Shown: piece by piece, positions 45,799-54,633 of the stretch | Layout of the letters: every line of letters starts with the position of its first letter | How positions within the stretch are numbered: position 1 is the first letter of the stretch | NCBI GenBank assembly: GCA_964540065.1 | Contig: CAZIKY010000001.1 | Location: 14,798-78,797 of the forward strand | Origin: Candidatus Woesearchaeota archaeon | GTDB lineage: Archaea > Nanobdellota > Nanobdellia > Pacearchaeales > JAHJTO01 | Direction of reading: 5' to 3' | DNA length: 64,000 nt | Made by a program: the position numbers and the translations under genes | The notes under the pieces: model-generated | Databases searched by the model: none | What the model was told of the DNA's origin: nothing | The model's input: only the letters and a program-made list of their open reading frames with translations

Positions 45799-46335
45799 TT
45801 AGTGCTTCTGCTTTCTTCCCTTAACAAGAAGGCCCCTGGATTTTCTTCCAGCGCTTGTCAATCCCCTAAATGCTCTTCCCTTATTTTTGCTTGAAGAAAC
45901 CCAGTTGATTTTTGGATCAGCCTTTATTTGGGGATGATTTGGATCTACAAGAATGACTTCGTAATAAGCATATTTCCCATCTTCTCCAACCCAGTAGCTG
46001 TTTAAGACTTCAAGATTTTGATATTTTCTTGCAGCTCTTTGTTCTGCAACTCCCTGATAATTCATATGTAATGTAAGCCTATTGGTCTTCCTTTTGCTTC
46101 TTCTCCCTACATTCACAACGGGCCTTCTTCTTCCTCCCCTCATAAGCCTTACACGAAGAACAACAAATCCTGGCTTGGCGCTGTATCCAAGAGCTTTAGC
46201 TCTGTCAAGCCTCAAGGGTCTTTCGACTCTCTCAACAGCATTGCTTCTTCTCCAAGCAATCATCCTTGATCTTAAAACACTTATATCCGGCTTTTTCCAA
46301 GCTTCGCGAAGATAGTGCATTAATCCATTAGCCAT
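45799..46335 (-). CDS. rpl15e: ribosomal protein L15e
   Basis: MANGLMHYLREAWKKPD...RSRMIAWRR... matches the conserved L15e N-terminus; 178 aa, very basic. Confidence 0.85.
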   Translation of the reverse strand: MANGLMHYLREAWKKPDISVLRSRMIAWRRSNAVERVERPLRLDRAKALGYSAKPGFVVLRVRLMRGGRRRPVVNVGRRSKRKTNRLTLHMNYQGVAEQRAARKYQNLEVLNSYWVGEDGKYAYYEVILVDPNHPQIKADPKINWVSSSKNKGRAFRGLTSAGRKSRGLLVKGRKQKH

Positions 46336-46368
46336 ATTTTAGACTGCATTTGACCGTTTTTAAACGTT

Positions 46369-46614
46369 TTGATGCTGTCAAAACCATTATGTGGAAAAGT
46401 ATTTAATGCCTCTAACCTCAATAAAAATATGAATAAATGGCTTGAATTACTTTTGGGCTTAGTGCTTGTAATCGCACCAATTGTAGTTGCTTTGGCTTAT
46501 CCTGCATCGTGGGGAGCAGCAACTCTTTCCTTCATCATGGGGGGATTGGTGGTTTTCGTAGCACTTATCGGCTTGATGTTTATAATGCTAGGCATTAGCG
46601 ACATAACAGCTTAA
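46369..46614 (+). CDS. small two-TM membrane protein (hypothetical)
   Basis: 81 aa with two hydrophobic helices (LLLGLVLVIAPIVVALAY; GGLVVFVALIGLMFIMLGI). Confidence 0.4.
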   Translation: MMLSKPLCGKVFNASNLNKNMNKWLELLLGLVLVIAPIVVALAYPASWGAATLSFIMGGLVVFVALIGLMFIMLGISDITA

Positions 46615-46681
46615 TTTGCCTGATCGATTCTTTAAGATAGTTTAACAGGAATTTTATTAGATTTTACTTTATCTTAGTTGC

Positions 46682-47329
46682 TTATTTTCTAAAACCGTCG
46701 TAATATTTTCTTATGGCTTCAGCTTTCTGTTTATACTTAGTTCTTAGATAGAAAGCATAAATCAAACCAGTAACAAGTCCTCCCAAATGGGCAGTATTCC
46801 CTATTGGAAGGCCGGCAGCTACAGAAATTGCCCAAAGGCCGAACATAATAAAAATAACTCCAAGCCACATAGGCATTGCGATTGGGATAAACATTATGTA
46901 AACAGGAAGCCTCGGAGTAAGAACTGCAAGCATCCCCGCCAATCCGAAAATTGCCCCGCTTGCTCCGACAGCCGGAACATTAAGTTCTCCAGTGATATAG
47001 CTCTCGATAATAAAGAACAATGCAGCGACTATCCCAGAAACAAAATAAATCCCCAAAAATCTATTCTTTCCGATAAGCCTCTCCAAAAATCCCCCCAAAA
47101 AAAAGAGAGACATCATGTTTGCAAAGATATGCAAAACCCCTCCGTGCATAAACATGCTCGTGATTATAGTCCAGAGATACTTTCCAGAAAGAACATTCGC
47201 GGGAACCAAAGCAAAAAATTCTAGAAGATTAGGATAAAAAGCTATCAGTGGAAATACGATAAAGAAAAAAGCTGCATTTATCATGACAATAGTCAGGGTA
47301 ATACTTAACTTGCTTTGCCTTCTAATCAT
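46682..47329 (-). CDS. rhomboid-family intramembrane serine protease
   Basis: Six TM helices; catalytic GxSG in 'VGASGAIFGLAG' and catalytic His in 'AHLGGLVTGLIYAF'. Confidence 0.85.
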   Translation of the reverse strand: MIRRQSKLSITLTIVMINAAFFFIVFPLIAFYPNLLEFFALVPANVLSGKYLWTIITSMFMHGGVLHIFANMMSLFFLGGFLERLIGKNRFLGIYFVSGIVAALFFIIESYITGELNVPAVGASGAIFGLAGMLAVLTPRLPVYIMFIPIAMPMWLGVIFIMFGLWAISVAAGLPIGNTAHLGGLVTGLIYAFYLRTKYKQKAEAIRKYYDGFRK

Positions 47330-48093
47330 CTTCGCTTCTTTCCCTTAGATTTTTTAGTTTTTGTTTTAGCTCCGGATTTTTTCCCGGATTTCTTCTTGCC
47401 CTTTTGGGCCGACTCTGCGGCCCTGAGCCTCTTCAGCTTCTTGGCCCTTTTGGCTCTCTCAGCCTTCTTCAGGGCCTTCTCTTTCTTCTCCTTGCGTATC
47501 TCTTTTTTCTCCCTTACTTCACTTAGCTTATCCAATTCAACCTGTATAGTGGAGATCTCCGCGTTCGCAGCATTTATCTTGGACTTTAACTCCTCTATCT
47601 CTTTTTCGTAATTTTGAGGTTGAAGAAGCTGCCCGCATTCTTGGCATATAAAATCATGGAGCAGGGCATTTTCTTCGCTGGTCTCAATGTCTCCATTCGG
47701 ACAGACATAAAACCCTTTCGTCTGCCTGCTATGAAGGAGGTGCTCATAGTTCTTTATTTCCTTCTTCTTAAGATCGACAAAATTGCTGAGAGCTTTAGCC
47801 ACATCTATTGTCCAAGAATAAATGTACCACCCTTTCTTCTCATCTTTCTTTCTTACAGAAGAAACAATGCTATGGGCAGACAGTTTATACAAAATATTCC
47901 TTGTCTGGTTGATGGTCAGCTTTAGTTTTTCGGCTATCTTGAACTCATTTATTGGTTTATCTCCTGCAATTATATCTACAATAGGCTCTGAAGACTCTCC
48001 TGCGAACCTTCCAACGAGCTCCTTGAGCAGCGAAATCTGCTCTTTAGAAACTTGGTTCCCACTACTTTTCCCTTTCTTACTTTCTTTCGGCAT
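47326..48093 (-). CDS. tfe: transcription factor E (TFE-alpha / TFIIE-alpha homolog) with a Lys-rich C-terminal extension
   Basis: N-terminal winged helix (...ISLLKELVGRFAGESSEPIVDIIAGDKPINEFKIAEKLKL...), zinc ribbon 'YVCPNGDIETSEENALLHDFICQECGQLL', then a coiled and basic tail. Stop overlaps the rhomboid start. Confidence 0.6.
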   Translation of the reverse strand: MPKESKKGKSSGNQVSKEQISLLKELVGRFAGESSEPIVDIIAGDKPINEFKIAEKLKLTINQTRNILYKLSAHSIVSSVRKKDEKKGWYIYSWTIDVAKALSNFVDLKKKEIKNYEHLLHSRQTKGFYVCPNGDIETSEENALLHDFICQECGQLLQPQNYEKEIEELKSKINAANAEISTIQVELDKLSEVREKKEIRKEKKEKALKKAERAKRAKKLKRLRAAESAQKGKKKSGKKSGAKTKTKKSKGKKRR

Positions 48094-48268
48094 CCACGAT
48101 TCCCCTTATATAGTAGTTAAAAGGGGCTCATCTCTTAAATAAATACTTTTTCATTAACTGTAACTACTCTATAATGTATCATAACTTTTATATAACGCCT
48201 AAAGGCTTTATAAATAAAGGATGAATTATTAATGCAACTGGCCAGTAACTGCCGATTATTATCTTAAA

Positions 48269-48793
48269 ATGGGTCTTTTTGGAAAGAAAAAAGAGGTTAA
48301 AGAATTGAGGCTTCCTGAATCGCCTTTGACATTCCCTGAACTGCCCAAGGAAATGCCCGAAGACGAAGAAATGGATATGATGAGCTCGAAACCAAATCTC
48401 CCTAATTTACCTTTGCTCAAAGCATCAGACTCACTTCCAGGGGTTCCAAGCCTTCCAGAACTCCCCACAATAGAGTTTCCAAGAAAGAATTCTCTGTCTC
48501 CTCAAAGCCCTCCAAGACTAAGTATCCCTAAAAGGATAGCAGAATTAACCGAGAAAAAGGTCGAAATGGGAAGGAAAGAGCCGGTATTCGTCAAGATCGA
48601 CAGATTCAAAGATGCCATGTCAAGTTTTGAAACGATTAAAAAGAAATTGAACGAAACTTCTTCGCTTCTTGAAAAGATAAAGGAAGGCAGAAAGGAAGAG
48701 GAAGAAGAGCTAAATAGGTGGACTGAAGAGCTTGAATCTATAAAAAACAAAATTTCTGTAATCGATAAAAAAATTTTCAGCAGTTTAGAATAA
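48269..48793 (+). CDS. hypothetical charged/coiled-coil protein (paralog of 48807..49211)
   Basis: 174 aa. Pro-rich N-terminal half with LP[EN]LP repeats; C-terminal 'VFVKIDRFKDAMSSFETIKKKLNE...' shared with the next gene ('VFIKMDREDALESRKGLLEISESAIKLQ'). Confidence 0.45.
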   Translation: MGLFGKKKEVKELRLPESPLTFPELPKEMPEDEEMDMMSSKPNLPNLPLLKASDSLPGVPSLPELPTIEFPRKNSLSPQSPPRLSIPKRIAELTEKKVEMGRKEPVFVKIDRFKDAMSSFETIKKKLNETSSLLEKIKEGRKEEEEELNRWTEELESIKNKISVIDKKIFSSLE

Positions 48794-48806
48794 GTTTTCT
48801 GTAAAA

Positions 48807-49211
48807 ATGAGATCTAAAGATGAATCAAAGAGCAGAAATGGGAACAATAACGTTTTCATTAAAATGGATCGCGAAGATGCTCTCGAATCAAGAAAGGGAC
48901 TTCTTGAGATCTCCGAATCTGCAATAAAACTCCAGCTCGTCAGCAAAAAGGTAAGAGAGGTAAGCAAGAAAGAACTCAAAGACCGGAAAGATCTTAAAAA
49001 ATCTATGAAAGAAATAGCTTCAGAGATATCAAAAATAGAAAACGATTTTCCCAACGTGGAAGATTTTGACCTTAAATCTATAAAGAAAAGTGCCCATCGT
49101 GCAAGTTTCGAGGAAGAGGGCAAAAAACCACATCATGGCGATGAGAAATTAAAAGATGAGCTTCTCGAAATCAGAAGAAAGCTCGAAGGCTTAGAAGACA
49201 TGAGAATCTAA
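48807..49211 (+). CDS. hypothetical charged/coiled-coil protein (paralog of 48269..48793)
   Basis: 134 aa, Lys/Glu-rich; shares the VF[VI]K[IM]DR... segment with the preceding gene. Confidence 0.45.
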   Translation: MRSKDESKSRNGNNNVFIKMDREDALESRKGLLEISESAIKLQLVSKKVREVSKKELKDRKDLKKSMKEIASEISKIENDFPNVEDFDLKSIKKSAHRASFEEEGKKPHHGDEKLKDELLEIRRKLEGLEDMRI

Positions 49212-49230
49212 AAGTTTAGCTCCTTTTCAC

Positions 49231-50634
49231 TTATTTTTTCAGATTAATTATCTTATTATAAAGCTTGATCGCATGGTGATGCACCTTTCCAAATTCTTTC
49301 TTTGATAAGACGTGCCCATACTTCTCCATTCTGCTTTTCAGCTCAGAATATTCAGCTGAAGCCTTCTTGTAATCTCCTTTTGAAGCATAGTCTTCTCCCC
49401 GAGAGATGATCTCCAAGGCCTCTCTATAGGGCTTCTTGCTTCCAATAAATGCTTTCACAATCATGTAAATCAAGATTATGATTATCAATCCGAAAATAAA
49501 GGCAAATACTATAAGCAAGTTGCCCACTTTGCCTTCAGAAACGCATATTCTTTCTTCCCAAGGTTTATCCTCTTCAGTTCCGCATTCATTAACATCTTGG
49601 CATAATCTTGTTTGTTTAAATCCAACACATTCAGACCATGGAGAGCATTCCCACTTTTCCTTGCAGATTATTTCCGGAGCCAATTCTATTTCTTCTTCAG
49701 AGATATTCGTCTCCTCTTCTTCTACAGGAGTGATATTGATTATTCTGCCTCCACCTCCACCGCCGCCACCGCCTCCACCGCCAGTATCCGGCGCAGGAGT
49801 TGCCGGATTTTCAGCAGCAGAGTAAACAGTGAAATGAGTGACATTAAATGTTAAAGTTCCTCCGGAATAATTTACTCTCGTGCAAACAGAAGAAGAGCAA
49901 GTTACCCCGTTCCTTAGAATTATTGGATCAGTAAAGGTTAGCCCAGATAAAGTAAGCTGCGCTTTCTTGTTTAGATTAGGCAGGTTTCCAACATCAACTT
50001 CTATTCGATTGAAAGATAGGTTAACATTACTGTCAAAATCAACTAAATTGTCTTGGGGATTAAAATCATCAGTAACATTCACTGTATCTATAAACTGAAT
50101 TTTACCGTGCCTGGTATCCTCAAAGGTAAGATTTGAAATGTTGCCCAGCTCTTCTAAAGTAAAATCATTTAGATTGGTAGAATTCCCCTTAAATTCCCCG
50201 GCGAAACTGCTGAAATTAATTGTCAGCCGGGTTGTATTCACTGTAAAGGTTATATTCTGAGCATCGACGCCAAAGCTGTTATTTGCATAAATAAATAGGG
50301 TATGATTTCCGGATGAAGCATTGAACCTAGCCGTTGTTTGGCTGCCGGGAAAGGTAAAATTCTCACCATTATCTACATTGAACCACCAATAATCTATGCC
50401 CAATAAAATAAGCTCGATTGGCAGAGAGTCATTAACCAAATAAGTCCCGCTGGTAGGCTTAACAATCGCAAATGCTGGAATTCCTGCTCCAACTTCAATG
50501 GAAACTGCCAAAGAAGCTTGAGTAGCCTTTCCCGTAACCTCTTTCGCGTAAACAGAGCCAGATACTGAAAGTAAAATTATCAGAACAGCTAAAAGCAGTA
50601 TAAAAGCAAAAGACCTCTTTTCCATCATAAACAA
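49231..50634 (-). CDS. secreted, membrane-anchored surface protein sharing the poly-Gly / 6-Cys stalk module of the giant protein
   Basis: Signal peptide (MFMMEKRSFAFILLLAVLIILLSVSGSVYA), sequon-rich ectodomain, ...PATPAPDTGGGGGGGGGGGG..., Cys module CKEKWECSPWSECVGFKQTRLCQDVNECGTEEDKPWEERIC, TM (LLIVFAFIFGLIIIILIYMIV), 85-aa cytoplasmic tail. Confidence 0.75.
   Translation of the reverse strand: MFMMEKRSFAFILLLAVLIILLSVSGSVYAKEVTGKATQASLAVSIEVGAGIPAFAIVKPTSGTYLVNDSLPIELILLGIDYWWFNVDNGENFTFPGSQTTARFNASSGNHTLFIYANNSFGVDAQNITFTVNTTRLTINFSSFAGEFKGNSTNLNDFTLEELGNISNLTFEDTRHGKIQFIDTVNVTDDFNPQDNLVDFDSNVNLSFNRIEVDVGNLPNLNKKAQLTLSGLTFTDPIILRNGVTCSSSVCTRVNYSGGTLTFNVTHFTVYSAAENPATPAPDTGGGGGGGGGGGGRIINITPVEEEETNISEEEIELAPEIICKEKWECSPWSECVGFKQTRLCQDVNECGTEEDKPWEERICVSEGKVGNLLIVFAFIFGLIIIILIYMIVKAFIGSKKPYREALEIISRGEDYASKGDYKKASAEYSELKSRMEKYGHVLSKKEFGKVHHHAIKLYNKIINLKK
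49748..49782 (-). repeat. GC-rich GGN codon run encoding a Gly12 linker
   Basis: cctccacctccaccgccgccaccgcctccaccgcc encodes ...DTGGGGGGGGGGGGRII... in gene 49231..50634. Parallel to the tract at 7175-7206. Confidence 0.9.
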
Positions 50635-50698
50635 AGCTCTGGAAGATATTTAAAAGTTATTAGCCTCGCTTAAAGATATAGGAATAAGATAAATAAAC

Positions 50699-51262
50699 TT
50701 ACTTCTTCTTTTTTCTAAGATACCTTAATATTGCCCACAAGACAATTATCAAGGCAATTACAACTGCAAAGAAAGCTGTAAGATTCTCTCTTGAAGGTGC
50801 GGGCTGTTCTTGAGCAGACTTATCAACAACCCTTACTGGGAAGCTGATATCAAGTGCAGAGCCAAAAGCGATCCCATTACCACTGTCACGGGTTACAGTT
50901 CTCAAAGACAAAGTTACAGAGTATTCTGAACCAATAGGGGCATTTTCTGGAATCTCTATCAAAACTTGCGCATAATTACTTGAGCTACCAGCAGCCAGAA
51001 GATATTCTTTATTTTCCGTACTTGCAATTTCTCCACCGTTAGTTACGGAAAGCTGAACTGTGACATCTTCCTCTCCTGCGACATTCTGAAGATTTACTGG
51101 AAGGCTTAAAGATTCTCCAGGAGCTAAAAGCAAGGGATTATTTCTCGAAGGCCCTAATGAAACCCCCAGGGCGCTTGCAAATGAAGATAAACTTACTAAA
51201 ACAACAAAAGATATTGCAAGGAAGGTTATTCCCTTTTTTCCATCCATTTTATTTTGTACCAT
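50699..51262 (-). CDS. secreted protein with a C-terminal TM anchor and KKKK tail
   Basis: N-terminal signal/anchor (ITFLAISFVVLVSLSSFASA); C-terminal ...LTAFFAVVIALIIVLWAILRYLRKKKK. Confidence 0.55.
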   Translation of the reverse strand: MVQNKMDGKKGITFLAISFVVLVSLSSFASALGVSLGPSRNNPLLLAPGESLSLPVNLQNVAGEEDVTVQLSVTNGGEIASTENKEYLLAAGSSSNYAQVLIEIPENAPIGSEYSVTLSLRTVTRDSGNGIAFGSALDISFPVRVVDKSAQEQPAPSRENLTAFFAVVIALIIVLWAILRYLRKKKK

Positions 51263-51289
51263 TTTATCTTTTTATATCTTTATTTATCC

Positions 51290-52333
51290 TTAAAAAGTTG
51301 CTTTAAGTGTCCAAGCCCCTTCAGCGGAAGTGGTGTAATTCTGCCTTGGCAATGAAGGGACTAAGTTAACGCAATATCTGTTTGTAATGAATTGATTTGG
51401 ATTGCCTGCATCAGTCTGCACCTTCGGCAAAAATCCATATGAGGCAGTTGAATTGGCAGTCACTATGAAATCATAATTTATCAATTGTGTACCTTGACAT
51501 ACATTATTTAAACCAGTGGCATTTGTTTGAGCTCCGGTTGAATTGGCGGTTGCAGAGGTGAAATTACCTGCATAAAGGACAAAGCCTGTTAAGACGTTAC
51601 CTACAAGATTGGTTGAGTTCAGCTCGACTGTTAACGCTTGAGTATTTCCAGTATTGTTAATCGTGTTGTTGTTATCAGAAGTTACGTTTGCAACCCCTAC
51701 AGTCAAATTAGATAATGTAATGGATAAAGGTGCCACGGTTACTGCCGTAAGACTGTTAATAGACTGGTTCTGCGAGCTATTTTCTCCGCGAGCTCCTGCA
51801 AAAATATCCTTAGTTGTGGCATTCACTTTCCAGCTATTAGTTTCATTGCTTGCACAGTCGAAATACTGGAAAGTTACAGTGCAGGTGAAACTTAAAGTAT
51901 TCGAGGTTGCAGAAGGGACGCTTTGGTTAGTACATAAAGCTCCCCTGTTTCTTGATTCCCCATTGCAATTAGTATAAGAGACATTAAGGAAAGTTTGAGT
52001 CAGGTTGATGTCTGTAGCCCCATCAAGATCAAAGACAGTAACATTGTAGCTTCTAGAAGTTGTAGTACCCTCAGCTAGATCTATTGTAGAATTAACGTTT
52101 GAGCATGCGAGGAAACTTCCAGTGCTATTTGAACACAAAACTGTCCTTACTTCAGGAGCAGTATTCGAAGTTACAGTTGCTGTAACATTTGTCCCTGCGC
52201 TGGTTGCTCTTCCAGTAAAAAGATCGAAAAAACCTGCAGAAGCAAGTGGAGCTAAAGAAAGTGTAATTAGTATGATTCCAAGAATTAATGCTTTTTTAGA
52301 CTGCATCTTTCCCTCTTTTGATTTTATAAACAA
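51290..52333 (-). CDS. secreted sequon-rich Cys-containing protein (hypothetical)
   Basis: Signal peptide (ALILGIILITLSLAPLASA), many N-x-S/T sequons, several Cys; no C-terminal anchor. Confidence 0.5.
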   Translation of the reverse strand: MFIKSKEGKMQSKKALILGIILITLSLAPLASAGFFDLFTGRATSAGTNVTATVTSNTAPEVRTVLCSNSTGSFLACSNVNSTIDLAEGTTTSRSYNVTVFDLDGATDINLTQTFLNVSYTNCNGESRNRGALCTNQSVPSATSNTLSFTCTVTFQYFDCASNETNSWKVNATTKDIFAGARGENSSQNQSINSLTAVTVAPLSITLSNLTVGVANVTSDNNNTINNTGNTQALTVELNSTNLVGNVLTGFVLYAGNFTSATANSTGAQTNATGLNNVCQGTQLINYDFIVTANSTASYGFLPKVQTDAGNPNQFITNRYCVNLVPSLPRQNYTTSAEGAWTLKATF

Positions 52334-52400
52334 ACTGCCGGGGTTTATAAACTCTTCTTCAAAAGGTTAATGGAGCAAGAGTGGTAAATTTACTTATATC

Positions 52401-54170
52401 TTAGATTTTTTTCCTGGCCCGGACATAGACTGTATAAATATTTCTAGGATCCTTGCCCATCATCCTTGCAATCTCTGAGTTCGTAAGTCCTTTCTCTCTA
52501 AGATGCAGGATAATTGTTTCTAAGATGCTCTTTTCTCTTCCTTCAAAGACCTTCAGGGGAATCCCTAAAGATTCAGAGATCACAAGTTCAGTTCCCCTCT
52601 TACTTGCAATGTTATATTCATTCCATATAGTCCTGTCATCCCTATTCAGCAAGCTGGCTATTTCACTGAACTTCTTTCCACGATTCTCCTTTAAGTACTT
52701 AACAAGGATTTCTGCAGGGCCCAATCCCTTTGTGGAGAAGATAGAGATAGGAACAGATAATTCTTCTTCGAGAGCTTCTTGTTCCCCAGATTCTGATTCT
52801 TTAATCAAAGAAGCAATTTCTTCTACGCTTATATCAAACTTCTCCTTAAGCTCATCATTCAAATCTTTTAGGCTTATTCCATGCCTTTTCTTCAGCTCGC
52901 TTTCAAAGAAGCCTAAGTTATCTCCCTTTTCATCTTTCTTGCCTTTCTTTTTCTTTCTTCCAAGAGAGAATGCTGCAAGCAAAGTAGATATCTCAATAAA
53001 CCAAGGATTTCCATTGGTTGAGTAATCTTGTCTTTTCAAAAGAGGAACTTCTGGAATGCAATAATAGATCATTCCAAGACCTTGGCCTGCAGAATTATTG
53101 CCTCTAGCAATAAACAAGCCAGTGACATCGACATTAGTGTTATTTATCAGTCGGTCTCCAGCACATTCAACTGGAGGACTTGTACTTGTAGAATTGCTGA
53201 CGGTGAAATTTCCAGAGCTTATCGTGAAGGAAGAATCTATGCTTCCAACAAGATCAATTGCTTTCACCTTTACTGCGGTGAAATTTACATTTCCAGTATT
53301 GTTCACCGTGGTGAAATTATTAGCAGTCGAATTTATCGCGCTGCTGTTGATTGTCCACTCAATTCTTGAAGGAGAGATAGTCATTGCAGTAAGAGAATTG
53401 TATGTGAAGTTTGTGCTAGAATTGTATCCAGTATTTCCTTGAATATCGCTCACAGAAACATTTACGATCCATGTTCCAGGAGCATCAAAGTACCACATAT
53501 TCACTGAACAGGAGAAATTAACTCTGTTGACATCAATGCTCCCCTCACTAGTGCAGCTTCCAGTTCGAGTGGTCTCTCCTCCCATGCTGAATCTTGCAAT
53601 CGCGCTTTGAGCATCCAAGTCTATGTCGTCATCAAAGGCGACGAATGAGAAATTTACGGATCTGTAGGTTCCTTCTATAGGGTCAACTGCAGATATTACA
53701 CTTACCGATTCGATTATAGGGGTATTGTTCGCTAAAGCAAACCATCCAACATTCAGGCTATATGAAGTAGAAGAACCAGAGCTTCCGCCTTGCTGATAAG
53801 TTCCGGTGAACCTCGAACTGAAACTCGTGCTAAGGCTAGTGTTCTTTCCGGCAAGACCTATGTGATGAGATTCTACCGCATAGGAAGAGGATCCGGAAAC
53901 ATTGAAGTTGCTCCCCCCAGCAACCAATCCAGTTATATCAAAAGATCCAAACTCGACAAAAGAAATCAAAGAAATTGCCATGGAAAAAACAATGAAGATC
54001 CCGAAGGAAAGAAGGACTTTTTTCTTCCTGGAAAATTCCTTGTTCTGCTCTTCCCTTTGTTCCCTGGCCGCTTCAACTCTTTTGAAGTAGAGTTTCTGGT
54101 AATCAGAATAGGTGTCCCAATTGGTGCCGTATTTCTGACTACCAGTTTGCGCAAACTCTATCTTCCCCAT
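52401..54170 (-). CDS. membrane protein with a sequon-rich ectodomain and tandem C-terminal cytoplasmic HTH domains (putative transmembrane one-component regulator)
   Basis: N-terminal cytoplasmic segment plus TM (VLLSFGIFIVFSMAISLISFV), ~330-aa ectodomain, second hydrophobic segment (FIEISTLLAAFSLG) followed by KKKKGKK. Two HTH-like units: ...KKFSEIASLLNRDDRTIWNEYNIASKRG... and ...LTNSEIARMMGKDPRNIYTVYVRARKKI (sigma-70 region-4 / LuxR-like pattern). Confidence 0.6.
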   Translation of the reverse strand: MGKIEFAQTGSQKYGTNWDTYSDYQKLYFKRVEAAREQREEQNKEFSRKKKVLLSFGIFIVFSMAISLISFVEFGSFDITGLVAGGSNFNVSGSSSYAVESHHIGLAGKNTSLSTSFSSRFTGTYQQGGSSGSSTSYSLNVGWFALANNTPIIESVSVISAVDPIEGTYRSVNFSFVAFDDDIDLDAQSAIARFSMGGETTRTGSCTSEGSIDVNRVNFSCSVNMWYFDAPGTWIVNVSVSDIQGNTGYNSSTNFTYNSLTAMTISPSRIEWTINSSAINSTANNFTTVNNTGNVNFTAVKVKAIDLVGSIDSSFTISSGNFTVSNSTSTSPPVECAGDRLINNTNVDVTGLFIARGNNSAGQGLGMIYYCIPEVPLLKRQDYSTNGNPWFIEISTLLAAFSLGRKKKKGKKDEKGDNLGFFESELKKRHGISLKDLNDELKEKFDISVEEIASLIKESESGEQEALEEELSVPISIFSTKGLGPAEILVKYLKENRGKKFSEIASLLNRDDRTIWNEYNIASKRGTELVISESLGIPLKVFEGREKSILETIILHLREKGLTNSEIARMMGKDPRNIYTVYVRARKKI

Positions 54171-54185
54171 ATTAAGTACTTAATT

Positions 54186-54254
54186 ACTTAATATGTATGA
54201 TTTTATACTTAAAAACGTTCCTATTTTAGGTATAAAATACTTAATTTGTATGAT
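54186..54254. promoter_or_regulatory. 17-bp direct repeat TACTTAAT(A/T)TGTATGAT x2 in the promoter region of gene 52401..54170
   Basis: Copies at 54186-54202 and 54238-54254 with one mismatch, 52 bp apart, 16-84 bp upstream of the start codon at 54170. Confidence 0.4.
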
Positions 54255-54312
54255 AAATCAAATTAAGGAAAAAGTGGTTAAAATACGGGGAAAAACTAGA
54301 AAATAAGGAGTC

Positions 54313-54591
54313 TTACTGCTGCGGTTGCTGTTGAGGAAGCCTAAGGCATTCTACTGCAATAAGATTAAGGGTAACATTATTTGCAGTTAAAGGAACTGCC
54401 TGGCAAGTTGCTGCTTGCTGCATTATTTCGACAACTGCGCTTTCAAAACCATACTGGGCGCCCGCTTGGACTAAACCAAGCTGCTGCTTGCTTTTGACAT
54501 TTTTGTAAACACCATAACCGGTATAAGATAAAGATAAAACTAAAAGAACAGCTAATACCCAAATAACAACCCTTTGTTTATCTCTCTCCAT
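54313..54591 (-). CDS. small N-terminally anchored protein with Gln-rich C-terminus (hypothetical)
   Basis: 92 aa. TM VVIWVLAVLLVLSLSYTGYG; ends ...PQQQPQQ. Between the fibre gene and the HTH-membrane gene. Confidence 0.4.
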   Translation of the reverse strand: MERDKQRVVIWVLAVLLVLSLSYTGYGVYKNVKSKQQLGLVQAGAQYGFESAVVEIMQQAATCQAVPLTANNVTLNLIAVECLRLPQQQPQQ

Positions 54592-54633
54592 TTTGCTAAT
54601 TTTAGTTGTAATTACCTATTTAAATATTTTAGC

